Assembly (NCBI GenBank): GCA_049970175.1
Contig: JBMFNL010000002.1
Span: 2,722 to 66,721, forward strand
Direction: 5' to 3'
DNA from: Chloroflexia bacterium
GTDB taxonomy: Bacteria; Chloroflexota; Chloroflexia; DTKN01
DNA length: 64,000 nt
Each line of letters opens with the position of its first letter. Position 1 is the stretch's first letter. The notes below the pieces were generated by a model. That model did not search any database. It had not been told where the DNA came from and was given only the letters and a program-made list of their open reading frames with translations. Both the position numbers and the translations under genes were made by a program. Shown here one piece after another: positions 49,911-58,687 of the stretch.

Positions 49911-52465
49911 CGGTCGGACCGCTGTTCCTGGTCGGGGCCTTCCTCTCGGCTCTGGGGGGGATGGGGGCTTCCTGGCAGGTCATTCGGGGAGACCGCCGGG
50001 CCCTGCGTTGGGCCCGCCTCCTGGCCGTTCTGGCCCTGGTCCTGGTGGGCGTTGCCTCGGCCCTCTTGCTGGGGCTCATCCTGGCCCAACGCTACGACGT
50101 GGCCTATGTCTACCTGAACACCTCGCGCGACCTGGCCTTTTTCTACCGCCTTTCCGCCTTCTGGGCCGGTCAGGAAGGCAGCCTGCTCCTCTGGCTCCTC
50201 CTCACGGCCGTCCTGACCGTGCTCCAGATTCGCCGTGCCCGCCTGCTGGAGCCGTACGTGCTCTTTTTCCTTCTCCTCATCCAGGCCGGCCTGACCGTCT
50301 TCCTTCTGGTGGACAGTCCGTTTACGCCGACGGCCGAGGTGGTCCCGCCGGGCCAGGCGATCCTGGACGGCCAGGGGTTGAAGCCGATCTTGCAGAATGT
50401 CTGGATGGTGGCCCACCCGCCGATGCTCTTCCTGGGCTATGCCGGGATGGCCGTGCCCCTGGCCTATGCGCTGGCCGGCCTCTGGCGCCGTGATTACGAG
50501 GGATGGGTGTGGCCGGCCCTTTCCTGGGGACTTTTGGGTTGGCTTTTTCTGGGCTTGGGCATCCTCCTGGGCGCTTTCTGGGCCTATGAGACGCTGGGTT
50601 GGGGCGGCTACTGGGGTTGGGACCCGGTGGAGAACAGTTCCCTCCTCCCCTGGCTCACCGGAACCGCCCTCCTCCACGGCCTGCTCATCCAGCGCTATCG
50701 CCGGCGGCTGGGCCACGGCAACTTGATCCTGGCTTGGCTGACCTATCTCCTGGTGCTCCTGGCCACCTTCCTGACCCGCAGCGGCGTCCTGGGGGCAGCC
50801 TCGGTACATTCGTTTGCGCCGAGCGCCCTGACGCCGTGGATGCTGGGGCTGATGGCGCTGGTGGCGGCGGCCGGCGCCATTCTACTGGCCTCGCGCTGGA
50901 ACGACCTTCCGCCCGGCCCGGTCTTTGCCGGGCCGCGGAAGGGAAGGGGCCGCCCCATCCAGGGGGAAACGGCCGGTACGGTGGGCCCCAACCTGGCCTC
51001 CTGGTTTTCCCGGGATTTCACCTTTCTCCTGACCATCCTGCTTCTGCTCCTCGTGGCCCTCCCCATCCTGGCCGGCACCTTGCTACCCGTGTTTTCCCAG
51101 TGGTTCGGGCGGCTGACGCAGGTGGACGTGTCGTTCTATCCCCAGACGACCGGACCGGTCCTGGCCGTGTTGCTCCTGGTGTTGGGGCTGTGTCCACTTC
51201 TGGGCTGGTCGGGAAGCGCGATCGGGCGGCTGGGCCGGATGCTCATCGTCCCGGTGGTTCTGGCCGTCGGTGCGCTTGGCGCGGCCGCCCTGCTGGGGGC
51301 CGGCCGTCTCGATTCTCTGTTTTTGATCTTTCTGGCGGTCCTGGCCCTGGCCTCGAACGTGGCGATGGTGGTGCGTACCGTTCGCCGGGGATTTTTACCT
51401 CTGGGCGGGTATCTGGCCCACATCGGTCTGGGCTTGCTGGTGGTCGGTGTGGTGGCTTCGTCGGTCTATAATGTGGACTATCGGGATGCGCAGGGGCGCT
51501 CTTCCCTGCTTCTGCCGGCGAATCGGGCGCAGGAGGCGCTGGGGTATCGTCTCACCTTTGTTCAGCGGCAGGAAAGCGGTGTTCCTTCCCAAGAGCAACA
51601 AACCCATCCGGCCCGCCCGGTGTATTATATCCTGGTGGAGCGCGGTTCCGAGCGCTTTCTGGCCCGGCTGGAGGAACTGGAATGGAACGCCCAGGACGGC
51701 AGCCTGGGAACGTGGCCCTATGTGGGGCGTTATCTGACCCATGACCTCTATATCGCCGCCCATGCCTATTTCCCCGGCAGTGGGGAGGAGGCCGTCCTGG
51801 AGCCGGGGCAGGAGGCCGTGCTGGCCGGCCGTACCTTCGTCCTCCGGGAAGTGCGGGCCGCGCCTCCCTATGTCCAGGTAGCGCTGACGGTGCGGGAAGC
51901 AGGCATCAGCCGGACCATCACCCCCACCTACGCCATGGCGGGCACATCGGCCCACGGCCGGCCGGCCTCCCTCCCCGACGGTACGGTGGTCTCGGTCGAG
52001 GAGGCCGGTTTCAGCCTGGACCTCTTTGAGGGACAGCCGCTGGCCATGGGCACCTATACGGTGACCCTGCGCGACCTGGTCGTGCTTCAACACAACCTCG
52101 TGACCCAGACGGTGGCCGGGGCGGTGATCGAGTGGGCCGCTCCGGCGGGCATCACCGTCATCACGCCGACCTGGGTGGTGAGTAGCGAGGGTGCCGAAGG
52201 CCCTCCGCTGACGCTTCCTTCCGGCGAGACGGTGCGCCTCGACGGGATGGACGTGACCGGCGGCTTCGTCCGGCTGTTGCTCTCCCGGCCGGGCCTGGTC
52301 TGGCTGACGGTGCAGCGTCCCGAGGACCTGCTCGGCACCCTGGTGGTGCAGGTCAGCATCAAGCCCGGCATCAACCTGCTCTGGGCGGGCGGGGTGCTCC
52401 TGCTTTTGGGGACGGCCGTGGCCCTGGTCCGGCGCTGGCGGGAGGGCCGACAGTTATTGACATAA
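49907..52465 (+). CDS. ccmF: cytochrome c-type biogenesis heme lyase CcmF
   Basis: WGGYWGWDPVENSSLLPWL WWD motif; 874-aa polytopic protein; ATGA overlap with ccmE. Confidence 0.8.
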   Translation: MTVGPLFLVGAFLSALGGMGASWQVIRGDRRALRWARLLAVLALVLVGVASALLLGLILAQRYDVAYVYLNTSRDLAFFYRLSAFWAGQEGSLLLWLLLTAVLTVLQIRRARLLEPYVLFFLLLIQAGLTVFLLVDSPFTPTAEVVPPGQAILDGQGLKPILQNVWMVAHPPMLFLGYAGMAVPLAYALAGLWRRDYEGWVWPALSWGLLGWLFLGLGILLGAFWAYETLGWGGYWGWDPVENSSLLPWLTGTALLHGLLIQRYRRRLGHGNLILAWLTYLLVLLATFLTRSGVLGAASVHSFAPSALTPWMLGLMALVAAAGAILLASRWNDLPPGPVFAGPRKGRGRPIQGETAGTVGPNLASWFSRDFTFLLTILLLLLVALPILAGTLLPVFSQWFGRLTQVDVSFYPQTTGPVLAVLLLVLGLCPLLGWSGSAIGRLGRMLIVPVVLAVGALGAAALLGAGRLDSLFLIFLAVLALASNVAMVVRTVRRGFLPLGGYLAHIGLGLLVVGVVASSVYNVDYRDAQGRSSLLLPANRAQEALGYRLTFVQRQESGVPSQEQQTHPARPVYYILVERGSERFLARLEELEWNAQDGSLGTWPYVGRYLTHDLYIAAHAYFPGSGEEAVLEPGQEAVLAGRTFVLREVRAAPPYVQVALTVREAGISRTITPTYAMAGTSAHGRPASLPDGTVVSVEEAGFSLDLFEGQPLAMGTYTVTLRDLVVLQHNLVTQTVAGAVIEWAAPAGITVITPTWVVSSEGAEGPPLTLPSGETVRLDGMDVTGGFVRLLLSRPGLVWLTVQRPEDLLGTLVVQVSIKPGINLLWAGGVLLLLGTAVALVRRWREGRQLLT

Positions 52466-52522
52466 ATAAACGTCGGCTTTGGGGATGAGCCGACCGCTTC
52501 AGGCTGAACGAAGGAGGAAAGG

Positions 52523-53068
52523 ATGCAACAGGCGCAGCACAGATGGCTCGTGGTGGTCCTGGCGGCTCTGGGCGGCCTGGTCCTAGGGATGGTGCTCGGC
52601 ACCCTGTTCGGCGGCGTCGCCGGCTACATCCTGGGGCGAGGCTCTCTGCCTCTGGTGGAGGTCGAAGCCACTCCCACCCCGCCGCCGCGCCTGACGGTGC
52701 CGGCACTTCCCTGGAGGTGGCCTTTCTGTCCCCCCTGTCCGGAGACTCCTCCGGAAGCCCGGCCGGAGGAAAGGCCCACGCCGCTTCCGGGGGTGTTGGG
52801 AGCCCGGGTGGAACGGGTATTGCCGGACACGCCGGCCGAGGAGGCCGGCCTGCGGCCGGGGGATGTGATCGTTGCCGTGAACGGTGAGCGGATCACGCCG
52901 GAACGCTCCCTGGCCGACCTGCTCGCCCGCTACCGCCCGGGCGACACGGTCACGCTCACGGTACGGCGGGACAACGAGAGGCTGGAAATCCAGGTACGCC
53001 TGGGCGAGCACCCGGAACGGCCCGGCCAGGCGTACCTGGGCATCTATTTCACCCCGTCCCGGCCCTGA
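52523..53068 (+). CDS. membrane-anchored PDZ-domain protein with a CPPC motif (possible CcmH/CcmG-like thiol-disulfide role)
   Basis: TM helix, then WPFCPPCPE, then a PDZ-like LGARVERVLPDTPAEEAGLRPGDVIVAVNGERI. Confidence 0.45.
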   Translation: MQQAQHRWLVVVLAALGGLVLGMVLGTLFGGVAGYILGRGSLPLVEVEATPTPPPRLTVPALPWRWPFCPPCPETPPEARPEERPTPLPGVLGARVERVLPDTPAEEAGLRPGDVIVAVNGERITPERSLADLLARYRPGDTVTLTVRRDNERLEIQVRLGEHPERPGQAYLGIYFTPSRP

Positions 53069-53077
53069 GCGGGTCGT

Positions 53078-54241
53078 CTACAACCGTCCCAGGGCCTCGC
53101 GCATCCGCTCCAGCGCCTTCTGGATGTTGGCGATGGAGTTGGCATAAGAGAGGCGCAGGTAACCCTCGCCGTACTCCCCGAAGGCGGTTCCCGATAGGAC
53201 GGCTACGCCGGCCTCCTGGAGGAGGTAGTCGGCGATCTCCTTCGAGGGCCGGCCCAAGGCCTGGACGTTGGGGAAGGCGTAAAAGGCCCCGGCCGGTGTC
53301 CGGCAACGCACCCCCGGTATGGCGTTCAGCCCGGCCACGATGACATCGCGTCGCCGGCGAAACTCGGCGACCATCTGTTCCACCGCCTCCTGCGGACCGG
53401 TCAGGCCGGCGATGCCGGCCCGCTGGGTGAAGGCGGCCGTGCAGGAAACGCTGTTGGTGACCAGACGGGTGACCCCCGCGGCCAGGGCCTCCGGCATGAC
53501 CCCGTAGCCCATGCGCCAGCCGGTCATGGCATAGGTCTTGGAGAAGCCGTCCAGGATGATCGTCCGTTCCGGCATCCCGGGCAGGGAGGCGATGCTCACA
53601 AACTCCCCCTCGTAGAGGATGCGGGAGTAGATTTCGTCGGAGAGGACGTAGGCATCGTTCTCCTGGACCAGTTCGGCGATGGTCTCCAGGTCGGGCCGGC
53701 TGAGGACACCGCCGGTGGGGTTTTGCGGGGAGTTGATGATCACCAGTTTGGTGCGTCGGTTGATGGCCCGGCGGAAGATATCCAGATCGAAGGCAAAGTC
53801 GTTCTCCTCCAGGAGCGGGACCGGCACCGCTTTGGCTCCGACAAAGTTGATCATCGATTCGTAGATCGGGAAGCCGGGGTTGGGGTAGATGACCTCATCG
53901 CCGGGGTCCACCAGGGCCAGGATGGTGAAGAAGATGATCGGCTTGCCTCCGGGGACGATGACCACGTTTTCCGGTCGGACCGGGATATGGCGGGTGCGGG
54001 CGACCTCTTCGGCCACGGCCTCTCGCAATTCGGGGATGCCGGCCGAGGGGGTGTAGTGGGTGTGGCCGGTTCTCAGGGCCTGGACGGCGGTTTCGATAAT
54101 GTTGGTGGGGGTGTCGAAGTCGGGTTCGCCGATCTCCAGGTGGATGACCTCGCGTCCCTGGGCCTCGAGGGCTTTGGCCTTGGCCAGCACCTCGAAGGCC
54201 GTCTCTGTTCCCAGGCGGCTCATCCGTTCGGCGAAACGCAT
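53078..54241 (-). CDS. aspartate/aromatic aminotransferase (class I PLP)
   Basis: NSPQNPTG...SKTYAMTGWRMGY lysine motif. Confidence 0.8.
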   Translation of the reverse strand: MRFAERMSRLGTETAFEVLAKAKALEAQGREVIHLEIGEPDFDTPTNIIETAVQALRTGHTHYTPSAGIPELREAVAEEVARTRHIPVRPENVVIVPGGKPIIFFTILALVDPGDEVIYPNPGFPIYESMINFVGAKAVPVPLLEENDFAFDLDIFRRAINRRTKLVIINSPQNPTGGVLSRPDLETIAELVQENDAYVLSDEIYSRILYEGEFVSIASLPGMPERTIILDGFSKTYAMTGWRMGYGVMPEALAAGVTRLVTNSVSCTAAFTQRAGIAGLTGPQEAVEQMVAEFRRRRDVIVAGLNAIPGVRCRTPAGAFYAFPNVQALGRPSKEIADYLLQEAGVAVLSGTAFGEYGEGYLRLSYANSIANIQKALERMREALGRL

Positions 54242-54312
54242 GTCTTCCTCCTCATTGAGACTGGGGGCAGGGCCACCTCGTCCTGCCAGAATGCCGTTGA
54301 CGTTCCACGCTT

Positions 54313-54540
54313 TTACCCTCCGCCCAGGAGGGGGATCAGGCGCACTTCGTCGCCCTCCTGGAGGAGGTGGTCCTTCTGCACGAGGGAACCGTTGACCAGC
54401 ACGGCGCCCACCAGAGCGGAGGGGATGCCCAGGTGGTCCAGCACCTCACGCACCGGTCGGCCGGCCCAGCCCTCGATGGAGAGGGCTTCCTGCCCTCCGG
54501 CATATTGGCGCAGGATGCCCACCGCAAGGATGCGAACCAC
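54313..54540 (-). CDS. ThiS/MoaD-like sulfur-carrier protein (ends in GGG)
   Basis: 75 aa, beta-grasp-like, C-terminal LIPLLGGG; own promoter CTTGTGGTATAAT at 54585-54597. Confidence 0.4.
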   Translation of the reverse strand: MVRILAVGILRQYAGGQEALSIEGWAGRPVREVLDHLGIPSALVGAVLVNGSLVQKDHLLQEGDEVRLIPLLGGG

Positions 54541-54666
54541 GGTCGGAAATCCTTTCGTCGCTTCGTTCGGTAGATGTGCCCCACATTATACCACAAGTTT
54601 GGAGGCGCTTCCCCGCCCACGTCCTCGGCCGCGACGTCCTGGCCGTGCGCAGCCCTTCGCTCCTGC

Positions 54667-57453
54667 TCACCGCGCCGGCCGCACCACGACGTTCACCAGC
54701 CGGTTCGGCACGACGACGACCCGCACCACCTCCTGGCCGGCCAGGTAGGGCTGCAGGCGTTCCAGGGCGAGCGCCCGCGCCCGAACCTCCTCCTCGGCCA
54801 GATCCGCCGGGATGCGCATCTGGGCCCGCACCCGGCCGTTCACCTGGACGGCCACCTCCACTTCCTCCAGGGCGGCCAGGGCCTCATCGTAGGCCGGCCA
54901 GGACTGCTCATGGATGCTGTAGGGCCGGCCCAGCCGGGCCCACAGTTCCTCGGTGATGTGCGGGGCCAGCGGGGCCAGCATCAGGAGCAGGGCCTCCACC
55001 GCCTCGTCCCAGGCGGCCGAGTTCCGCAGCGGCGTCTCCCGTACCTTCATCAGGACGTTCGTGAGTTCCATCAACCGGGCCAAGAGGGTGTTGAAGCGAA
55101 AGGCCTCGATGTCGGCGGTGACCACCCGGATGGTACGGTGCACCAGACGGCGCAGCGCCTCCTCGCCCATCTCGGCCGGCCGGTCCGTGCGCTCCGGCTC
55201 CTCCAGCACCAGCGTCCAGACGCGGTTCAGGAAGCGGTGCACGCCCTCGATGCCCTGGCTGGACCAGGGCCCGCCCTCCTCCCAGGGGCCGATGAACATG
55301 AGGAAGCAGCGCACCGTGTCGGCCCCGTACTTTTCCACCAGGTCGTCGGGGGCGACCACGTTGCCCCGCGATTTGCTCATCTTTTCGCCGTCCTCGCCCA
55401 GAATCGTCCCCTGGTTGAAGAGCCGCAGCATCGGCTCGTCGAACCAGACCAGGCCCATATCCCGGAGCACCTTGGTGAAGAAGCGGGTGTAGATCAGGTG
55501 CATGGTGGCGTGCTCGATGCCGCCGGTATACTGGTCCACCGGCAACCAGTAGCGGGCCACCTCGGGGTCAAAGGGCCCCCGGTCATAGTGCGGGCTGAGG
55601 TAGCGGTACTGATACCAGGAGGAGCAGACAAAGGTGTCCATCGTATCGGTCTCGCGTTCGGCCGGCCCCCCGCACTGTGGACAGGTAGTACGGCGAAAGC
55701 CCTCGTGAAACTTGAGCGGGGATTCTCCGGTGGGGCGGAAATCGACGTCCTCCGGGAGCAGCACCGGCAGTTCCTCTTCGGGAACGGGGACGGTGCCGCA
55801 CCGGGGGCAGTAGATGATGGGAATCGGCGCACCCCAGTAGCGCTGGCGGGAGATCAGCCAGTCGCGCAGGCGGTAGTTGACGGCGAAATCGCCGATGCCT
55901 CGCTCTTTCAGCCACTCGGTGGTGCGCTTCACGGCTACATCTCCGGGGGTTCCGGTGAGCGGCCCGGAGTTGATCATGGTGCCGTAATCGGCGTGGAAGA
56001 GCATGTCCCGGTAGAACTCCACATCCCAAAGCATCTCCGCCACCGTGCGTTTGTCCCGTACCGAGGGCGAAAGCGACCTGCACCGCTCCAGCACGTGCCT
56101 CTCCTCCTCGATGGAACCCACGTTCATCACCCCGCCGTCAAAGACCAAGTGCCATCCGGCTCCCACCACTTCCGTCCAGCAGCCCGGCCGGATGAAACGC
56201 CCTACGATGTGGAGGTAGCGTTCTCGTTCTTGTTCCCTCAAGGTGACATATAGAGAGTCGTCCTTTTCCTCAAAGGCCCAGCCCGCCTCCCGCAGCGCAT
56301 CGGCCAGGCCGTCCCGGTAGGTGCCCCGCCTCACCACGCTTCGGGCCACCTCCTGTCGCGGAGCGATGACCGGGATGACCGGCAGGCCGTACTTCAGGGC
56401 GAACTGGAAGTCGCGTTCGTCGTGGGCGGGGACGCCCATAATGGCCCCCGTCCCATAGGTCATCATCACATAGTCGGCGATCCAGATGGGGATGTGTTCG
56501 CCGTTGACCGGGTTGACCGCATAGGCCCCGATGAAGACACCGGTCTTTTCCTTTTCGGTGGAGAGGCGTTCGATCTCGCTCCGGCGGGCGGCCTGATACC
56601 GGTAGGCGGCGACCTCCTCCTGATGCTCCGCTGTGGTGAGTTTTTCCACCAGGGGATGTTCCGGAGCCAGCACCATGAAGGTGGCTCCCCAGAGGGTATC
56701 GGGACGGGTGGTAAAGACCTCGATGCCCTCGCCCGTTTCCGCGCGGAAGACGACGTTGGCTCCCTCGCTCCGCCCGATCCAGTTGGTTTGCATCGTGCGT
56801 ACCCGCTCCGGCCAGTCGATCTGGGAGAAATCGAGCAGTTCCTCGGCATAGGCGGTGATTTTGAAGAACCACTGCTCCAGTTCCTTGCGGATGACCGGCG
56901 TGCCGCAGCGTTCGCAGTGGCGGTCTTCGCCCCAGACTTGTTCGCGGGCCAGGGTGGTGTTGCATTTGGGGCAAAAGTCCACCGGCGCATACTTGCGGTA
57001 GGCCAGGCCGCGCTTGTAGAACTGGAGGAAAAACCACTGCGTCCAGCGGTAGTATTCAGGGTCGGAGGTGATGGCCTCGCGGTCCCAGGCCCACATGGCC
57101 CCCATCGAACGCAGTTGCCGGCGCATCCGGGCGATGTTTTCATAGGTCCAGGTCTTGGGGTGGATGCCGTGGTTGATGGCCGCGTTTTCGGCCGGCAGCC
57201 CGAAGGCGTCGAAGCCGATGGGGAAGAAGACGTTGTAGCCCCGCATCCGCAGATAGCGGGCCTTGGCATCCGAAGGGGCCATGGCGTACCAGTGGCCCAG
57301 ATGCAGGTCGCCCGAGGGGTAGGGGAGCATGGTCAGAAAGTAGAACTTGGGGCGGGAAGGGTCCTCGACCGTGCGGTAGAGGCCGCTTTCCTCCCAGCGC
57401 TTCTGCCATCGGGCTTCGATCTCCGTCGGGTGATAACGTTCGGCCATGGTCAA
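54667..57453 (-). CDS. leuS: leucine--tRNA ligase
   Basis: YPSGDLHLGH (HIGH) and KMSKS motifs; 928 aa. Confidence 0.9.
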   Translation of the reverse strand: MTMAERYHPTEIEARWQKRWEESGLYRTVEDPSRPKFYFLTMLPYPSGDLHLGHWYAMAPSDAKARYLRMRGYNVFFPIGFDAFGLPAENAAINHGIHPKTWTYENIARMRRQLRSMGAMWAWDREAITSDPEYYRWTQWFFLQFYKRGLAYRKYAPVDFCPKCNTTLAREQVWGEDRHCERCGTPVIRKELEQWFFKITAYAEELLDFSQIDWPERVRTMQTNWIGRSEGANVVFRAETGEGIEVFTTRPDTLWGATFMVLAPEHPLVEKLTTAEHQEEVAAYRYQAARRSEIERLSTEKEKTGVFIGAYAVNPVNGEHIPIWIADYVMMTYGTGAIMGVPAHDERDFQFALKYGLPVIPVIAPRQEVARSVVRRGTYRDGLADALREAGWAFEEKDDSLYVTLREQERERYLHIVGRFIRPGCWTEVVGAGWHLVFDGGVMNVGSIEEERHVLERCRSLSPSVRDKRTVAEMLWDVEFYRDMLFHADYGTMINSGPLTGTPGDVAVKRTTEWLKERGIGDFAVNYRLRDWLISRQRYWGAPIPIIYCPRCGTVPVPEEELPVLLPEDVDFRPTGESPLKFHEGFRRTTCPQCGGPAERETDTMDTFVCSSWYQYRYLSPHYDRGPFDPEVARYWLPVDQYTGGIEHATMHLIYTRFFTKVLRDMGLVWFDEPMLRLFNQGTILGEDGEKMSKSRGNVVAPDDLVEKYGADTVRCFLMFIGPWEEGGPWSSQGIEGVHRFLNRVWTLVLEEPERTDRPAEMGEEALRRLVHRTIRVVTADIEAFRFNTLLARLMELTNVLMKVRETPLRNSAAWDEAVEALLLMLAPLAPHITEELWARLGRPYSIHEQSWPAYDEALAALEEVEVAVQVNGRVRAQMRIPADLAEEEVRARALALERLQPYLAGQEVVRVVVVPNRLVNVVVRPAR

Positions 57454-57468
57454 CCTCCTGGCATTCCT

Positions 57469-58287
57469 CTAGCATTCTGCCTTGATTCCCACGATCTCGA
57501 TGTGCCCGGCGGATCCGGCCCAGCCGGGGTCATCTGCATAGCGCATCTCCAGGTCGAGCAGGCGGGCCAGGGCCGCTTCGTCCTCCAGGATGCGCTCTCG
57601 TACCTCGGGCGGAAGCCGGGAGAAAAAGACCGGCTTGCCCAGGATGCGCACCACCTGCAAACCGTGGCGCTCGAAAAGGGCCTGCAACTCGCCGACGGTG
57701 AAGGCATGGATGGGGAAGGCGAACGCCGGATCCTCGTCCCTCCACTGCATCGTGCCGGCCGCGAGGATGCGCTCGGCCCGGTCCCAATCCTGCTCGGCCA
57801 TGGCTCCGACGGCCTGGATGCGGCTATCCACCGAGGCGATCACATGGCCGCCGCTTCGGGTCACCCGGGACAGCTCGGATGTGGCCCGGTCGGGGTCGCC
57901 GCAGTAGGAGAGGGGGTCGCCCTGGGCCATCGAAAGGTCGAAGGAACCGTCGGGCAAATCCCGCATATCGCAGATGTCCATCCGTCGGATGTCCACCCGG
58001 TCGGAAAGCCCCTCGGCCTCCACTTTGTGGCGGGCCACCTCCAGCATCCCGACCGAGATATCCACCAGGGTCACCCGGTAGCCCATCCGAGCCAGCGGAA
58101 TCGTCCAGCGGCCGGTGCCGCCCCCGGCATCCAAGATACGTCCGCCGGGCGGGGGAAGGAAGCGCCGGATGTTGTCCCAGGTCACCGGCTCATAGACCTT
58201 GACGAAGAAGAGATTCTCGTCATAACGCCGGTCATAGGTCGGCGCATCGTGATCGTGAAAGGCTTCCACCGGTGGTTTGGGCTCCAT
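57469..58287 (-). CDS. class I SAM-dependent methyltransferase
   Basis: ILDAGGGTGRWT SAM motif I; start MEPKPP follows RBS GGAGGAG. Confidence 0.65.
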   Translation of the reverse strand: MEPKPPVEAFHDHDAPTYDRRYDENLFFVKVYEPVTWDNIRRFLPPPGGRILDAGGGTGRWTIPLARMGYRVTLVDISVGMLEVARHKVEAEGLSDRVDIRRMDICDMRDLPDGSFDLSMAQGDPLSYCGDPDRATSELSRVTRSGGHVIASVDSRIQAVGAMAEQDWDRAERILAAGTMQWRDEDPAFAFPIHAFTVGELQALFERHGLQVVRILGKPVFFSRLPPEVRERILEDEAALARLLDLEMRYADDPGWAGSAGHIEIVGIKAEC

Positions 58288-58590
58288 CGGGCGCTCCTCC
58301 AACAGAAAGACCTCCGTCCCACAGGGACGGAGGCGCTCCGCGGTACCACCCTGTTTGGCCGGCCGCGCTCCTCCCGAGAAAACCCGCAAGGGCGCAGACT
58401 CCGGCCCACTCCTTGGGCCCGGTAACGGGGGCCAACCGGCGCCGGCTAATGACGGTGGGACAACCGCGTTCACCGGCGCGGCTCCCGGGCGAGTTCGGCC
58501 CTGGACTTGCGGCCTCGCACCGGCTGGCCGCTCTCTGGCTCGGCGGGCCTACTACTCCCGTTCGCCGCCGTTCGTCGGCCAAGTTTGAAG
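58288..58590 (-). promoter_or_regulatory. T-box riboswitch leader, Leu specifier CUC
   Basis: Minus-strand AAACAGGGTGGTACCGCGG T-box motif (58338-58356), terminator CCTCCGTCCC-TGTG-GGACGGAGG followed by UCUUUCUGUU (58301-58333), GA/K-turn GGGAGUAGUAGG, AGAGA S-turn, specifier loop CCGAACUCGCC (CUC at 58491-58493). Confidence 0.7.
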
Positions 58591-58593
58591 AAA

Positions 58594-58652
58594 AGTATAG
58601 CGGATCTTCCGCTTTTTGTCAAATTGGACGTGCCGGTGATTTGTGGTATAAT
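58594..58652. promoter_or_regulatory. divergent promoters: minus TTGACA-N17-TATACT (T-box leader) and plus TTGGAC-N17-(TGg)TATAAT (GH18 gene)
   Basis: Read directly; the two -35 boxes abut each other. Confidence 0.5.
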
Positions 58653-58687
58653 GAAAACAACATATACCTTTTGGAAAGGAAAACGGC

